The translations under genes were made by a program, and so were the position numbers. The notes below the pieces were generated by a model, which searched no databases, was not told the DNA's origin, and worked only from the letters and a program-made list of their open reading frames with translations. Positions 41,399-56,100 of a DNA stretch of 64,000 nucleotides are shown in pieces (positions within the stretch are counted from its first letter, which is position 1; each line of letters starts with the position of its first letter). Source of the stretch: Ruditapes philippinarum (taxonomy: Eukaryota); contig NW_026863809.1 in NCBI RefSeq assembly GCF_026571515.1, forward strand, positions 1 to 64,000, written 5' to 3'.

Positions 41399-44300
41399 TG
41401 TTCAACGTCCTTGTCTAAAGACTGACTATAAAGGCCGTTAAAATTGCGATTGATTCTATACACCCTTATTTTAAGCGTAATGTAAGAAGTAGATGGATAT
41501 AACAAGCAAATTAGACATTTATTGATAAAAAATGAACAAACTTACAGTATTTATAAAAGTAAAAATAAATACATTTAGTTAGGCGAAAAATAATATGCAT
41601 GCACATTTTTATTTCTAAATATCCGAATTTGGATTATCCGAAACGTGCCCCATTTATCTTTTATATTAGTTTTGTGACACAATAGTCTAATTTTAACTAA
41701 ACTATAATTTTGTTAACAATATATAAGAAATATATTGCTATCTTTATGAGTTTAATTCAGTCAAACACACAAATTTATTAGTCTTGTATGAAAATTGTCG
41801 TCAAATTTGTGATTTAATTGAATTAAGCAGGTGCTTTAATTATGACGTCATTATGTCGTCATAGTAACCAGAAATGCCTAATAAATGTCTATTTTGAAAA
41901 TGTAACACATTGTACTATACACCTTTAGGTTTTTATCAATATCTAAGATGGGGCCATTTTTGGTGCTTAGTGAACCTTGCTCTTTGGAGAAAATGTTTTA
42001 TATCACATTGAAAATACCAAAGTTAATAAAAAAACTTCTTCCGATTGGTGCCGGATATTTGAAATGTCGCTAACAAAGATAACCATATCTTGGTCTATGC
42101 ACTCAATATAACCTTGGCCTTTGACCTAATAACCTCAGTTATAAAAGTGTTCTTGCTGGTCTTATAAAATGTATTTTATGACCTAGTATTTAAAATTGAC
42201 GTTAACCGATTATCTTTCACAAACCTCGGCCAATTCCTGCACATGTAATTGAGCATCATTTAAAATAATAACCATTTGAAAATCAACTACCATTTTTTGT
42301 GTCGTCTACCCCGTCACAAAATAAGTTTTAAAATGCTTAAACACAAATATATGAATTATATCACCATGTATGTAATTGGACGAAATTGCGACGTACTATT
42401 TTATTTCTTAAACCTTATACTTAATCAGCTATTTGTTTTGTATGACCTAAAGAAAAAACAATCTGGAAACGAAGTGATCCCTCGGAAGCATTAATCACAA
42501 CAAAATTTCATGAAAACTGCAGACTCAAGAAGTCAACGCTTAGCAAACTTTTTAACCGATTGCATTTTCTGTATTTATATATTACCATATCCCGTGTTAT
42601 GAACTTTGGTGTTTTGATCTTTATGATATCATCGGAATTTAGCATTGTAATTGAATGGCTTCCCTGTCCCTACAATACAAGAAATGAATACTTTAAAAGC
42701 AATTCGAGTCTATAGCATTTGCATTTGTTCGTTTTACACGAACTGGAATGTTTGCATATTTCAAAAATTGATGAAAAGTTACAAGTCTTGCACGGAGAGA
42801 AACGTACTTATCATAGGTCAGACGGTTCTGAACATGCTCAGTATGAAACTTGACCATAATGAATTGAAGTGCCAAAACAATAATAATTGAATTTCTTATT
42901 TGATTTAACTCTAAACAAAATTGATTGGTTCATTAACATCTTGTCCTGCTAAAGATTGAACACGAGATATTTCAATTGAAAAACAATATACACATATTGT
43001 GGAACGGCATAAAGAAACTGATAGGTAATCTACATTATATTTCAAAACACAATAAAAGAAAGTTCAGTTGATACTCACAGCATTACATATATTTTAAGAG
43101 CATAATCCCTTACAAAATTCATTTAACTTTTCCTGATGCAACATAGTTTTTTTTTTTTGGAAATTCGATCAAACAAAATAATACTTAACTCATCGCATGC
43201 TAATATCCATTAATTTTAATGTGACATCACATGCAATGCACTATCCCTTAGGACTTCTTTCAGCAATTAAATTCATTATATATTAATGGACCTACCACTT
43301 TTAATGTAGCAAGAAATAATTATAAAATGTGTATCTTTTAGTTTTTGCTTTCATTTTTATAGCATATTTAGACAATGAATGTGTAATGCATCAATACATT
43401 ATATCCATCTGGGAATTTATGTGGTTCAGATATTGCGACTTGTGCACAAAAGGTTTCAGTAATAACAATAAAGGTATGTCATCTTCCAAATTAACGTGTA
43501 CAACCTTTCGATGTGCGGTTACTGTAGTATTTTGAACGTGAATCAAAATGTTTTCAAATGTGAAATATAGTTTATAGGTTGGCATTATTGTACTTGTGGA
43601 TTAATTCTGATAGTTGATACATTTCGACACATATGTTTCTGATTATCATTCTCATAACTAATTGCTTACCCTAAGCACTTTAATGTAAACATGATATTAA
43701 CGGTGTTCATTTTCTTAAGGAATGAAATGCTTTTTGAACAGATGGGAATTGTGTAAACTGATTAATGTTAATGACCATGTTAATTTGAATAATACTTCCT
43801 TTTAAGTTACTCAATGAAGCATGTGCATTGTGAAATTAAAGATGTGAACATTAATCAGTGTTCTAAATTACTAACTTGTCTTATCTAGATATTTTCACCA
43901 AGAGTTACATACAAATATGTGTTTCATAGATAGGAAATAGGAATAAAAAATTGAATATGTTGCTTCATAAGTTTAGACCAACTGAAAACAATATACTATC
44001 TATGACATTCAAATAAGTAACTATATCATGGGAAATGCAAAAAAAACCCAAATCTTTGGAGAAATAAAATTAGGCAAAAAATATACGATTGATCTGTTAT
44101 TATTGTCTGATCATAATGATTTTATGTGTTCTGTATTCCAATATAAGGAACAATTTTATTTTATCAATACGAAAGAATTGTACGTTTCTAACAAGAAAGG
44201 ATTCAGTCATTAAAAACAAGTACATATTTTACTGTATTGAGCTACACGAATGAGAATGGTATAAGGAATGACAAAATTATATTGAATATCGCACACATAT

Positions 44301-46922
44301 TTGTCACATCATGTTGATACCAAACTCTCATTTCCTACACCTATCAGTGATACCAATTATATTATTACCTATTACAATACGACAAAACATATTAATTTCT
44401 ATATAATAATAATATGGTTAACGAGGTTGGATGCTCCTAGATAATACGATGATATCATTTAAGGATTTTGCTCTTTCTTGGACATAGCAATTAAGCATTC
44501 AATTTTCAATTTCGATCGGATAAAATACTACTTAATTAAGTTCAATTTGTCATCATTTGTCATGCTTTTGCCGATAAATCTATTTAATTAACCAAATGTA
44601 ATGTTTCCTCCCAAAGGAAGTTTCCAAAGAATTGATTGCATAATAGTTTTTATTACATAAATTGAAAGTTTGCTTTTAATGAGAATCCAAAAATCACTAT
44701 TTATATGGTGAAATGAATAATTTATATAATTATATTGTGTATTTTACCTGTGAAGAAAACGGTAGCCATTACATCAAAGATAATGGTTTTACGAAATATT
44801 AAGATGTTTTCTGTATCATTTTTGTTTGCGTTATATACTCAACTCATAGAATTAAAAGTGTTTAAGATATTTATATTTTAGGCATTATAAAATAAAGGCA
44901 GACATTATATGGCAAGAAGTAAACAAATATATTTATTAAAAGGTGAAAAAGGTACAGGTACTCTCAATTGAGTGTCCAAGATAATTTTGAAAAAGAAAAC
45001 ACATCCGAGCCGCATCATACTGACACTGGATGTAACCGCCTAAGGCAATTTAATTCTTTTCATTTTAATGCTATGCGAAATAAAACGCGTTTTAGTATTC
45101 TTAAGTCGTTAAGCCGAGCCCTCCACCTCCTGCATATGAGAATTAACTTGTCAATATAGACTAAATATAGTGACTTGTTTGCACACGACATGATAAGGCT
45201 TGACAAAAACACAATTACTAATCAATTAAATTTTGACACAATATAAATAGCTTATGTTATTTTGATGGTTTTGATGGCACACGCATTCTTTTACTTGGAG
45301 AACATACGCCGCTTTTCATAGAATGAAACACATCTGCGGTTGTTTCTAAATTCAAAATTTCACCATTACCATGACTAAATGTTGAATTCTGCTTAAGCCG
45401 GTGCTAGGGGGCGTTGACGGTAATTTGCACTTTCCATTACCGTCCATGAACAGGCTCAATCAAACCGAGCCTGAAAACATTTTCAATTTTGTCTTGTTGT
45501 GCTTTCTTTAGGTATTCTTTATTTCTCTCTATTTTGTTTCATTTGAGTTAGCATTTTGCACTTAATTAAACCATTGCCCAAAACGGAAGCATCATCTTCC
45601 CATGATCTTACTACTAGTAGACATATGAACAACGCAGTTAATGTTTAGGTTATAACTCGTGACATTTTACAATTGGCTTAATATCAAAAACAGATAAAAT
45701 ACATTTTCTCAGTATTAATGAACACATGAAAATATTTGTAACTGGAAGGGAAACTATTTGTATGGAATATACTAGTATTTCACTTGAAAAATAAAACCAT
45801 GACAACCATGCTTAATGTTTTCGAGAATGCTTCCGAGGGATCACGTTTTTCAAGATGTTGGTAAAGAATGCCTCAACAAATATAAGTCAGGATAAAAGTT
45901 CTGCTGTTTCCAAACAGTTTACCTCTGTTATCAGTGTGGAATTTTTTATATAAATATGTGTCATACTTTTTTCAGACGGTACCGAAATTATCCCCAATAT
46001 TTCTGAAACATCTATATATCAATTTGTGTTAGAGCTTTCTCTGAAATTTCATATTATTCAGCTTGTTATGGTGTCATTGCCTACGAAGTGTATAATTTTC
46101 TTTATGATCGAGTACAGCTGTCTAACAACAGGACACTGAAATTGATGTATATTGCTTCTCGAAAAATACGCTTAAATCGAGTTGGTATGATTCACATTTT
46201 CCGTAGAATTCATATAATATATAAAAAGTTAAATATAAAGAAAACAAAACAAACTAGTGAATATATTCAGAAAGACTTGTATTAATAAAAAATATTTTAT
46301 GCAGACAACTGAAACAGGTACATGTAAGCTTCTATACTGGTACTAGTATATTATTTTCAGAGATGAGAGGAGAAACAAAGATGCATCGTCATGGCCATAC
46401 AGACCTTTAATATTTAATACATGTAAATAAACGAAACATCGTTAAAGCTTGTTAAAACGATGTATTTCATAAATATATAAAGTTTAGTTAGATAATAGCA
46501 TAACATATCTTTATCCGTTAATATAGAGCAAAAAGAAACGAAATTGTAAAGTATATGTTAAATATTTCAACAGGTCATATGTCTTTTATCAGATTTCCAT
46601 ATTGTGTCGTTTAAGACCATACTAACCTGCTATTATGATTCTTATATGAATGATTCTAAAACGGTTTATCATAAAATAACATACTTAATAATGTTTAATA
46701 TATGTACCACATTAAAAGAGTCCTATCAAATCGTTTAAATGTTGTGAATATATTGTGTGAAACCAGTGTGGGGTTCATTTTTGAATTAATAATTACAAGA
46801 GAATACATGAAAACCAATTTAAGAGTTTGATGGCACTGTCAGAAATAAATAGCAATATCAAAAAATATTTAAAAAAAACATATTAAAATATTAAATGTAA
46901 AGTCTGTATCTAAAACCATTTC

Positions 46923-47179
46923 CTAATTATCACTTCTGTTATCACTATTCTCTTGGTTCTCAGTTTCCTCATTATCCACTTTAAGTTCAATAATATAATC
47001 TGTACGCGGGTACACCGGTAAATTTAACTCATATTTTTCTTCAAGTGTTTTTGGTACAATACGTCCTCCAAGAAAGTGATGTTTGCCTTTGAAAAATTTT
47101 GCACAGTTTTTGGGAGCGATAAGAGAAAAAATCATTTCTGGTTTCAAACCATTTTCATCACCGGACTCTATATCCCATC
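46923..47179 (-). CDS. NAXE: NAXE-B exon 6 (to stop)
   Basis: (G)[42 protein letters not shown]...[16 protein letters not shown]. Confidence 0.93.
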
Positions 47180-50100
47180 CTGAAAAGATGAAATAAATTT
47201 AATAGGATTTAAATGCCACTGATAACATGTTGTGACCTGGTTGCAATATTTCAGCTTCAAATCTTATTATAACTACTGTAACATTAAAGTTTCCTATCAT
47301 TGAAATGTGTGAATAATTAATCATCAAATTGAATCACAGTACAAAACAGGTAAATACTATTATATTTTTGAAATCGAGGCCAAATGTAACTTAGATACGT
47401 AAAATGACTGCAAAAATGACATAAATCCAAAAAATCAAGTAATTGCATAAAAATATAATTAGTTAATATTGTAATGAGAACTAAAATGACAAACTGCATT
47501 TTATTTCATGATTTGAGATAAACACGCTATATCTTTTAATTAAGACTTAAGATTAAGAACAAGGAAGATTCAATTATAATTTTATGAATTTATTATCAAG
47601 CATTTTCTGTGAAGTGTATGAAAGTAAACAAATAATCACATGATCAAGGTAGTATTATAAGTTATTAAGATTGATGCTTGACATACCAGATGGTACATCT
47701 ATACTACAAATTGGTGATTCGACTTTCTTCAAAGTGTCCATCACAGACTCAAAGTCCGTTCGTACAGGACCTGTAGACAAAAAAAAAGCGATTTACTACT
47801 TATCTTCTAAAAGGGCTACAATTTTAGTAAGTCTCTTTTTGAAATACTCTTTTACTTTTAGAAAATAAACCCTTTGCAATAATTTGGAAAAATATGTAAA
47901 ACATTTATATTTGTATATTGGTGGCCAATTATCAGTGCAATAAATTCTATGAAATTGATATTGCGAAATAAATTACAAATAAAAATGTCCACAAACAGGC
48001 CTCATTTTCTCTTCCCATATAGTAAGTAGTACTAATCTATTTGATGTTTGTTTCTTTGGTTATTTGGTTAGAAGTAACACCAACAACGTTACTGCTATCA
48101 TGATAAATGTTATAAAATTTGCGAGACTTTCAGAATAACCTAGCTCCAAATTACCATCAAAATTGAATCCAAATAATGCATCCACGACAAAATTGTACGA
48201 ATCAGTAATCAGGTGTGCTTCTGACGGGAAAAATGATAACAAAGGCATGTCCAAGGCTTCACATTGTTTAAACAGGCTGTTAAATAGAGGCTTGTTCGGT
48301 CTATTTGGATAGAAAATTGTTGGCTTATATCCCTGAAATAAATAACAAAAAATAATAAAACAGGAAGATCTGCATGCGATATAGATATAAGAGTTGTTAC
48401 ATTATACATTGTATGCATGTAATGAATATATTCTAAGTCTTGATTTATATTTTTTCATTTGCAAGTATTTGCATTTTGTCATTAAAAGTGACAATGACAG
48501 TGAATTAAATATAACAAGACAGTATTTTCAGTCATAGATAAAAAAAAAAACCAGTATGTATTATATCAGAATTGAAAGAAAAAATACAAACAATCACATA
48601 CAAACATTTTTAGATGTCTGGCACAAACAAGTCCACAACCGCCATTATTTCCAGGTCCACAACAGACAAGGACAGCATGGCTATCTTTTGTCATCTTTTC
48701 TACTGGAAAACACTTTTAAAAAGGCTATGTGTAATAAAGTAGCAAATAATGTCACGGTAATTGCAGGAAATGATGTTGATGTTTGACTGATTGAAGTTAA
48801 TACAAAATCTGCAATACGTTGTGTAACTAACACTTGTGCAATTATAAAGTTATTTAAGAAATGTTATATAGAATTGGCGATGAATGAGAAGGATTCTTTG
48901 ATCTTTTGATATTTAACGGGATAACGGGATAATGACTGCTGTTCTTACTTATAAACAACATTTGTGAAAGTGTTGATAATCTATTTTTTTAAAATAGCAT
49001 AAACATGAGAAAAATATGCATGTGCTATTTGCAAGTTGACATGAAATATTCATGTATTAGTCACACACATGGGGCAATCGAATAATTGGCGTTTATATTT
49101 ACATAACACGGCAGTTGCCGACTTTGTAGATCAACATTTCCGAAACATACAAATAGTAAAAAAATAATACTGGCTTATTGTAAAAATAGTAAATTCAATC
49201 ATAAGATATACAACAAGAACCGAAAACTACAACTCGAATCTTAAGTATTACTAACTCACTTTTGTTATGGCAACAGCACAACTATATCCCGAAAGCTCCA
49301 TAACTTGATCAACTGTAAATGCATATTCCGTGAATAATTCTTGTTCTATTTCCTGAGCCTCTTTCTGACTGAATTAAAAAAACAACATTAAATAAGACGT
49401 CAAATGTATATATTGTTTTAAAATACACGATGTCAACTTTTTAGAACTGTCTTTTTAATTGATTTAATTTATTCATCTATGATCATAGAAATTAGAAGCA
49501 TAACAAATTGGCATTCACTAATTTAGTCAGCATACGATTCATATGACATTAGTTTGCATGTTTACATTCGGTTTTATTTTTTGACTACCACCGGCAATTG
49601 CAAAAAAAAGATTTGTTAGCCCCTAGCATATCTTTTTTTATTAATTTTTTACCAGGAAGAAATTGCAGTCGTTATGAAAGTGTATAGCTTTTATCTTATT
49701 ACGCTCTTCACGTAAAGTTGATGTCAACATTCGTTTGCGTATACATGTATTTATATTGATGCCTTGAGCAATAAGGAGGACGCTGGGTAGTAAAAGGACA
49801 TTTTAAGAGGATTTGTCTTACGGTTATGATTTTGATGCATCTGCTACAAGAACGAAAGTTGTGTTGATTTAACTGAAATGAAATAATCAAAGCAAATACT
49901 GACACGGCATGTTGATGCTGACAGCTTAAGCACAAATATATTACTTTTTACTATAAAATATTTGCTCAGTACGTATTCTTTAACATCGGCATAAAACAAG
50001 TGCCATGAAGTAAGTAAGTATTTAGTTTTATTTTTTATTGTCATAGAAATATATTTGTTTGTATAAAGACTGACATGCCACCTTACAATGTGAATTCATA

Positions 50101-53100
50101 TAACATTTTTATGATAAAGCGGATTTGCGATGGTGATATGTAAAGACAAAAATATTGCCTTTTTTCCACAAAACAACAGAATGTGTTTAGAGTAAATGCT
50201 ATTGATAACAGATTGGAAATTTGACAAATTTGATAACTGCCTTGTACAATCCAATGGTTTAACGTTTGATGTTCAACCTTATTTTGTTTGACAAGATGCA
50301 TTCAACATTGTGTTGTTCTGTTTCACGGAAGATCTTGTTTAAAAAAAATGAATGAAATTCGGATGGATTTATTTAAATTTGTTTTAAGTTCTTGAAATGG
50401 AATATACATCCACTTGATATTTATACGATGCATGTATACAGGCATGTGTCTTTAGATAGCATTTGATCTCCCTTGTAAAGTTGCTTATAAGTACAGGTTA
50501 AAAAGCGTCTGTCTTTAAATAGCATTATGTTCTCATCTTTAAATTTGCTTTGAAGTAAAATATTTAATGACGCTGTGTATGAATTGGTTAACTGAAAAAA
50601 AAATCACATCAAGTGTCTATTGATCTTTCAATTGTTTTTTTTTATTGCTCAATTTGGTTCTATGTCCCTAGAGAGTTTTGTCTTACTTTGACTTTGATGG
50701 TTTATGTCCATTAGCAGAGTACGACAGACATAAAGTAAAGCTAGTTTTATTGTCGAACAGCGTTGTTTCATGTCATGCGCTCATTATATGTGTATGAGCA
50801 TCTCATTTATGCTGTCTCACATAATCGTTTCTTTTTTTACAACAGAGTGATGATTATAATTAACTCAAGAAAGAATATATATATATATATATATATATAT
50901 TAAAGACACAAAGCATGTTCTTTTTGTTTTATTAGGGGATAAACTTATTATTTATTTATAAAGCTTAATATTCAGATAAAGGTATATTTTAAAAGTAAAG
51001 CAGACAAAATTTACAAAATCAAATGAACAAGATTGCTTTGTCACTGAAATAATTCCAAACAACCGCTCGTTTTTTGCACCACGTACTGTGTGCCCCCGTT
51101 TCTTACATTATATTACTTTGTTACTTTAAACAACTTATCATAGCCTGACATGTTGATTTCAAATATTAGGCTTTCAAGAACATTTGTCTGTAAATTGTAT
51201 GAAATTCTTGTCTCATTCAAAATACATATAGGGTGTTGTAAACATTATAGAACGAAAAGAAGTCCTTACAAATTGTCCCTACATAGATAAATACAGTCGT
51301 TAGGAAGAGGCTCGTTGGTACAAGTCGGGATGATATTTGTTCCTTGAAGCAATACGAGACTCAAGAGGTGCATTTGCTTATAGTGTATTCTTCCTGTTTT
51401 ATCAACCGCATCAAGTCGAGAAAGGAAACGAAAATGTGATACACCATTACTGAGATTGATTTACAAATAAAACGACCAAATGACATGAAACAAATGTTGT
51501 CTGACAATATCACTGAAATTACTATAAAATTATGTTAGTTATAGTTTTAATGGAAACACAAAACACATTATGTTGTTGGGAGATATACCAAAACCAATGA
51601 AACCAAATACAAAAAAACTTCAACATCCAATGAAAAACTCTAAATGTTTTTTTAATAAATAAATTATAATGTACAATTTTTTTTTTGTTTTAAAGGATAA
51701 AAAAACATTCAATATATTATACAGAAAAATAAGGGTTTTTGAAAATTGGGTAACGAACTATAAAGCTGTAAAAACGGAAATGGCTAAATAGGATCCTTCC
51801 AAAAAAAAGGATTTGATAAAAAAAAGATTTTCAAACTCTTTTAAAAAAAAGAAACAAAAAGTAAAAAAATCACAATGAGTAGATTAAATTAAACCCGTGC
51901 ATGAAAAAAAAACTTTTTCTTTTTATTTAAGAAAAACCGAGAAAAACGAATCACAACAGCGCAATACTTCTAAGAGTTTGAATATCTAAATTTTCTATTG
52001 TCTATTAACTATTAACGGTCATACCGTGAGAACCAATAATTTCGCTTCATTTTAAGTTATTTAAATTTAATGTTTCAGTTCATGAGCCAATTTATATTTA
52101 AATTACAAAAACAGTTGAACATAAAAATAAAATAAATATTCATTCTTAAAATTGACTTTAAAAGGAACAAATGAAGATTTCGTTCTCAGAATCAAATAAG
52201 ACAGTCACCAATAGTTATTCAGTATTAGAATTAATTAAAAAGACGTTATTTGATCAATCGAAAACTAACTTCATGCCTTTCCATTTCCGTCAATGAACAT
52301 GATCAGACAAACCGAGTCTGCAACATTTTCCTTTTCAGGTTTACGCTTTCTTTAGAGGTTAATTTTTCTCTATTTTGTTTGTTTCAATCTCACTCAAGAC
52401 AGTGATTATTTTGATAATTACGGTTTCTCTATGGTGTCTCAACGTATAGATAATTTAATCTTTGTGAAAGGTAAGTGCAAACTAATCAACATCAGTTTGT
52501 TGAAGTTTTAAATTGAAGATGATGTACATCAAATATATCGTTACCTGAGTGGTAAAAGGTCGTAACTAACATTTTGCCAAAAATCAGATTTTAACATTTC
52601 TGTGATACACATAGCAATGTGCATATTCTGTAAAAATATCTTGGCTATATTCCATTTATTGACTTTGTTATTGATTAGAAATCAAAGGCCATAACAGCTA
52701 TTTTAAACTTTTAATGAGCGGTAAAAGGTCTTAAGTGAAACTAAATTAACGGTAAAAGGGCAGATTTGACAAATATGCCCATTTCATTCTCAACTTTTTT
52801 TGCAAAATGTATGCGAAAACTGATGTATAAGGTAGTATTTGCCAATTACGCCCTTTTCCTTCTAAGCAAAACACTCAATGTGAAACATATGCCCCCTTTA
52901 TCTGAACAAATTAGCAGTGTTATAGATTATAGAGAATATCATTTCAGTACAGCAGAATTGTTTGTTATACCATAAGAATATTACTAATATCATAAATTTT
53001 CCACGTTCATATGTTTACAAGAAGGAATCATGGATGGAAAAAAATCAGGTTTGTACAATTTCATAAAATTCTTAAAATAATTAATTTGTAAATTAAATAG

Positions 53101-56100
53101 TTTATATCATATTTCAGAGACAATATTCTAATACTAGTAAATAACCAGTATTCTAATTCTGCAAAATTAGTTGTTCAGTAGTGTGTCTCGCATGTTTATG
53201 TGCATGTAACTTAATCAAATGTGTCCAGGTACATATTTCTTTGATTACATTTAACTGCCAAATTATAAAGTTCGTTAAGTAATTAGTATACGCTTTCTTT
53301 GTAGGAAGACGTATATTCTGAATGGTCAGATGACGAGATGTACTTTAATATTAATGTGGCTGTCAATAAAGGTAATTATCTTAAACAATGTTGAAGAAAA
53401 TTTACTTTGTGACTGGAAATGCTGATACAATATTACTGTTATTGTCTATGGAAGGCGAGAGTTTATGCGAGTTGCTGATTAAACTAAGTCATCATCATAA
53501 GTAATAAGCTTACTATAAAAAGACCAAGAAAGTCATGTATACTATATGAAACCTTACCACTGCATATTTACTTATGTGATTATTATTCAGTAAATGCATT
53601 AAATTGAATTAAACACATGTTTTATTCCATATTCTTCATTTCAGACAAAGAAAGTAAAGACGAGCAACATGTACATGAACATGAAAAACATGGTAGTAAA
53701 AAGGAGCAGCAGGTGAATCAATCTGAAAAACAGCCTAGTAACCAGGATCAACATGTGAATGATCAAGAAAACCAGGCTAGTGACGAACGTGTGAATGAAC
53801 ATGAAACATGTGCAAGTAACGTGGAGCAGCACATAAATGAATATTGAAAACAGGCTAATAATGAGGTACAACACATGAATGAAAATGAGATACACGCTAT
53901 TAATATGGAACAACACATAAATGAACATAAAATAAAGGTTAGTTACGAAGTACAACTTGTGGATGCAAATGAAAATCAGACTAGTAACAAGGGAGAATAT
54001 GTAAAAGAACATGAAAATGAAATACAGGATCAAAACGTGAATGACAATGAGATACGTACTAGTAACGATGGTCAACACAGGAACAAACATAAAAAGCAGA
54101 CAAAAAACAAGGGACAACATTTGAATGAACATGAAATACAGGATAGCAGCGGCGGACAAAACGTAAATGAAATCAATGAGAGACGCCCAACATCAAATTG
54201 ATCGGGAGACTAGAGTGAACTTTGTTTATACAAGTTCTTCTGATGACGATATACCACTTTCAAAGTTACTGGAATATAATTTTAAAGGAAAAGAAAGGAA
54301 GTCTGTTTGGCGAAAGTTAATCGATTCAAATACTGAGTATTCTGATGATTGTAATTAGGACATATTATAATTATGATCTACAAAAGAACATATTAAATTC
54401 TACAGATTCAGAGACAGAAGAGCTCCAAAAAATAAAACAAAGAAAAAGGAGACAGAAGAATAGGAAACAATTACTTGTTGCAGAAACAAATCGTGGAAGA
54501 AAAAAAGCATCTACATTTAAATCAAAGTCCAAGAAATTAGTGAACAAACGAAAGAAGGAAAGTCCCCTACAAGATCAATAAAACTTTTAATTTTAAGAAA
54601 GAAGAAAAAAATCAAGAAACTTACAAACACATGATGAATTAAAAAAAGCAGTGAAGCGTAGCAAGACAATTGCATCACTTAAGGCACGGTTAAATCGTCT
54701 GCATGAGGCTAGATTAGACCAACTGTTAGCAGTAAAATTAAGAAAACGAGTTCAAATTCCCGCAGAATGAAACTGTTTCTTTGCAGCTGTTGCTGAGAGT
54801 GTTGACAACAATTTATGTAAGGATGTAGATACATTTCAAAATTCGCTATGTGATCACATTCAACAAAATAAGGACATATACTTACCTTTCTTGACAAGTA
54901 TATCACAAAGCGAGAATCAAAGTGAAGTTTTTGAAAGAGATATAAGCACTATGAGACGCAATGGTCACTAGGATGCAACTCTAGCCGATTGCATCTCTAT
55001 AGCTGTTACTAACTATTTCAATTGTGAAGTGCGGATATATTCAAGCTCGACTTCGACTCCATTTATTAATGTGAAGCCATCAAACTGGGAACAAGATGGA
55101 CATTACAAGCAAATTGAAATAGCGTATAATGCATTCCGGAATAATGAGCATTATGATGCAACCATACCAGTAGTTATACAACCAGATAATACACAAAGAG
55201 TTAATTCAATGGAACATTGTGGGAATGAAAACCATATTCCTGTTACTACACACAAACATGCAGACTATAACAGCTCAAAACAGACGATTGGAACAGTAAC
55301 TTCACAGAAACAGAGAGAAAAATATATTTGATATGTGTTATGCACTTCCAACTTATGAGAGGCAACGTTGTTTTATATGCTTTGTTGTATCGAAAAGCGA
55401 CCCGGTTAGAATCACTAAAAGTAAAAGAAAAGTATCGTTCAAATACAGTTTTTTTCAAAAGAGAAGAAAGCATCCGTGTTTGCCAGAAGTTCTTCCTTAA
55501 AACTCTCGATATTGGTGAGAAGCTGATACGGTACACTCTTAAAAGAAAAACAAATGGTACATTTCAAGGAACAGATTTGAGGGGTATATAGGCACACACC
55601 CAGTACAAAAATCAATGATGCAAGAGTGAAACTCGTGTACGAACATATAAAATGTGTTCCTTAACTATGGAATCTCACTACGCTAAAAAAAGTTCTAAGA
55701 AACAATATGTAGCCCATGATTTGAGCATAAAGCGTAAGTGGCAACTCTACAAGGATTGGTGTAGTTCAAAAGGATATGTCCCGGTAAAAGAATTAAAATA
55801 TAAACAGATATTATGTGAGAATTTCTTTGCATGAATACATTATTCCCGAAGAGTTCCACTCATATATTGCTAGCTTACCAACAAACAAAGCAACAAAGAC
55901 TTCATTTCTGAAAATTCAGAGTATGAAGATGAAGTATATTAGAATTGGTGAACAATTTACAATAACTGCTAACATTGTAACAGACGAATTAAAAAGTATG
56001 TGTTTTATACATGTATAGAAATTTAGGTGAGAAAAATCTCTGATTGATTTTATGTTTAAAAGTTGGGATGTATTAGGATGGCATCTTAAAACAGACAACC

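Larger units (their letters stand above)
38315..41983. mobile_element. Kolobok-like non-autonomous element ends enclosing nested insertions
   Basis: AGAGCTAGGTTCACTAA at 38315 and TTAGTGAACCTTGCTCT ending 41983 (17 bp, 1 mismatch). Flanks ATAA / TTGG only partly match TTAA. Confidence 0.5.

Noticed and set aside
41275-41505. Poly-N/poly-L ORF
   Set aside because: Translation of the AAT/ATT microsatellite.
53641-54159. 172-aa hydrophobic minus-strand ORF
   Set aside because: Antisense shadow of the low-complexity transposon repeat.
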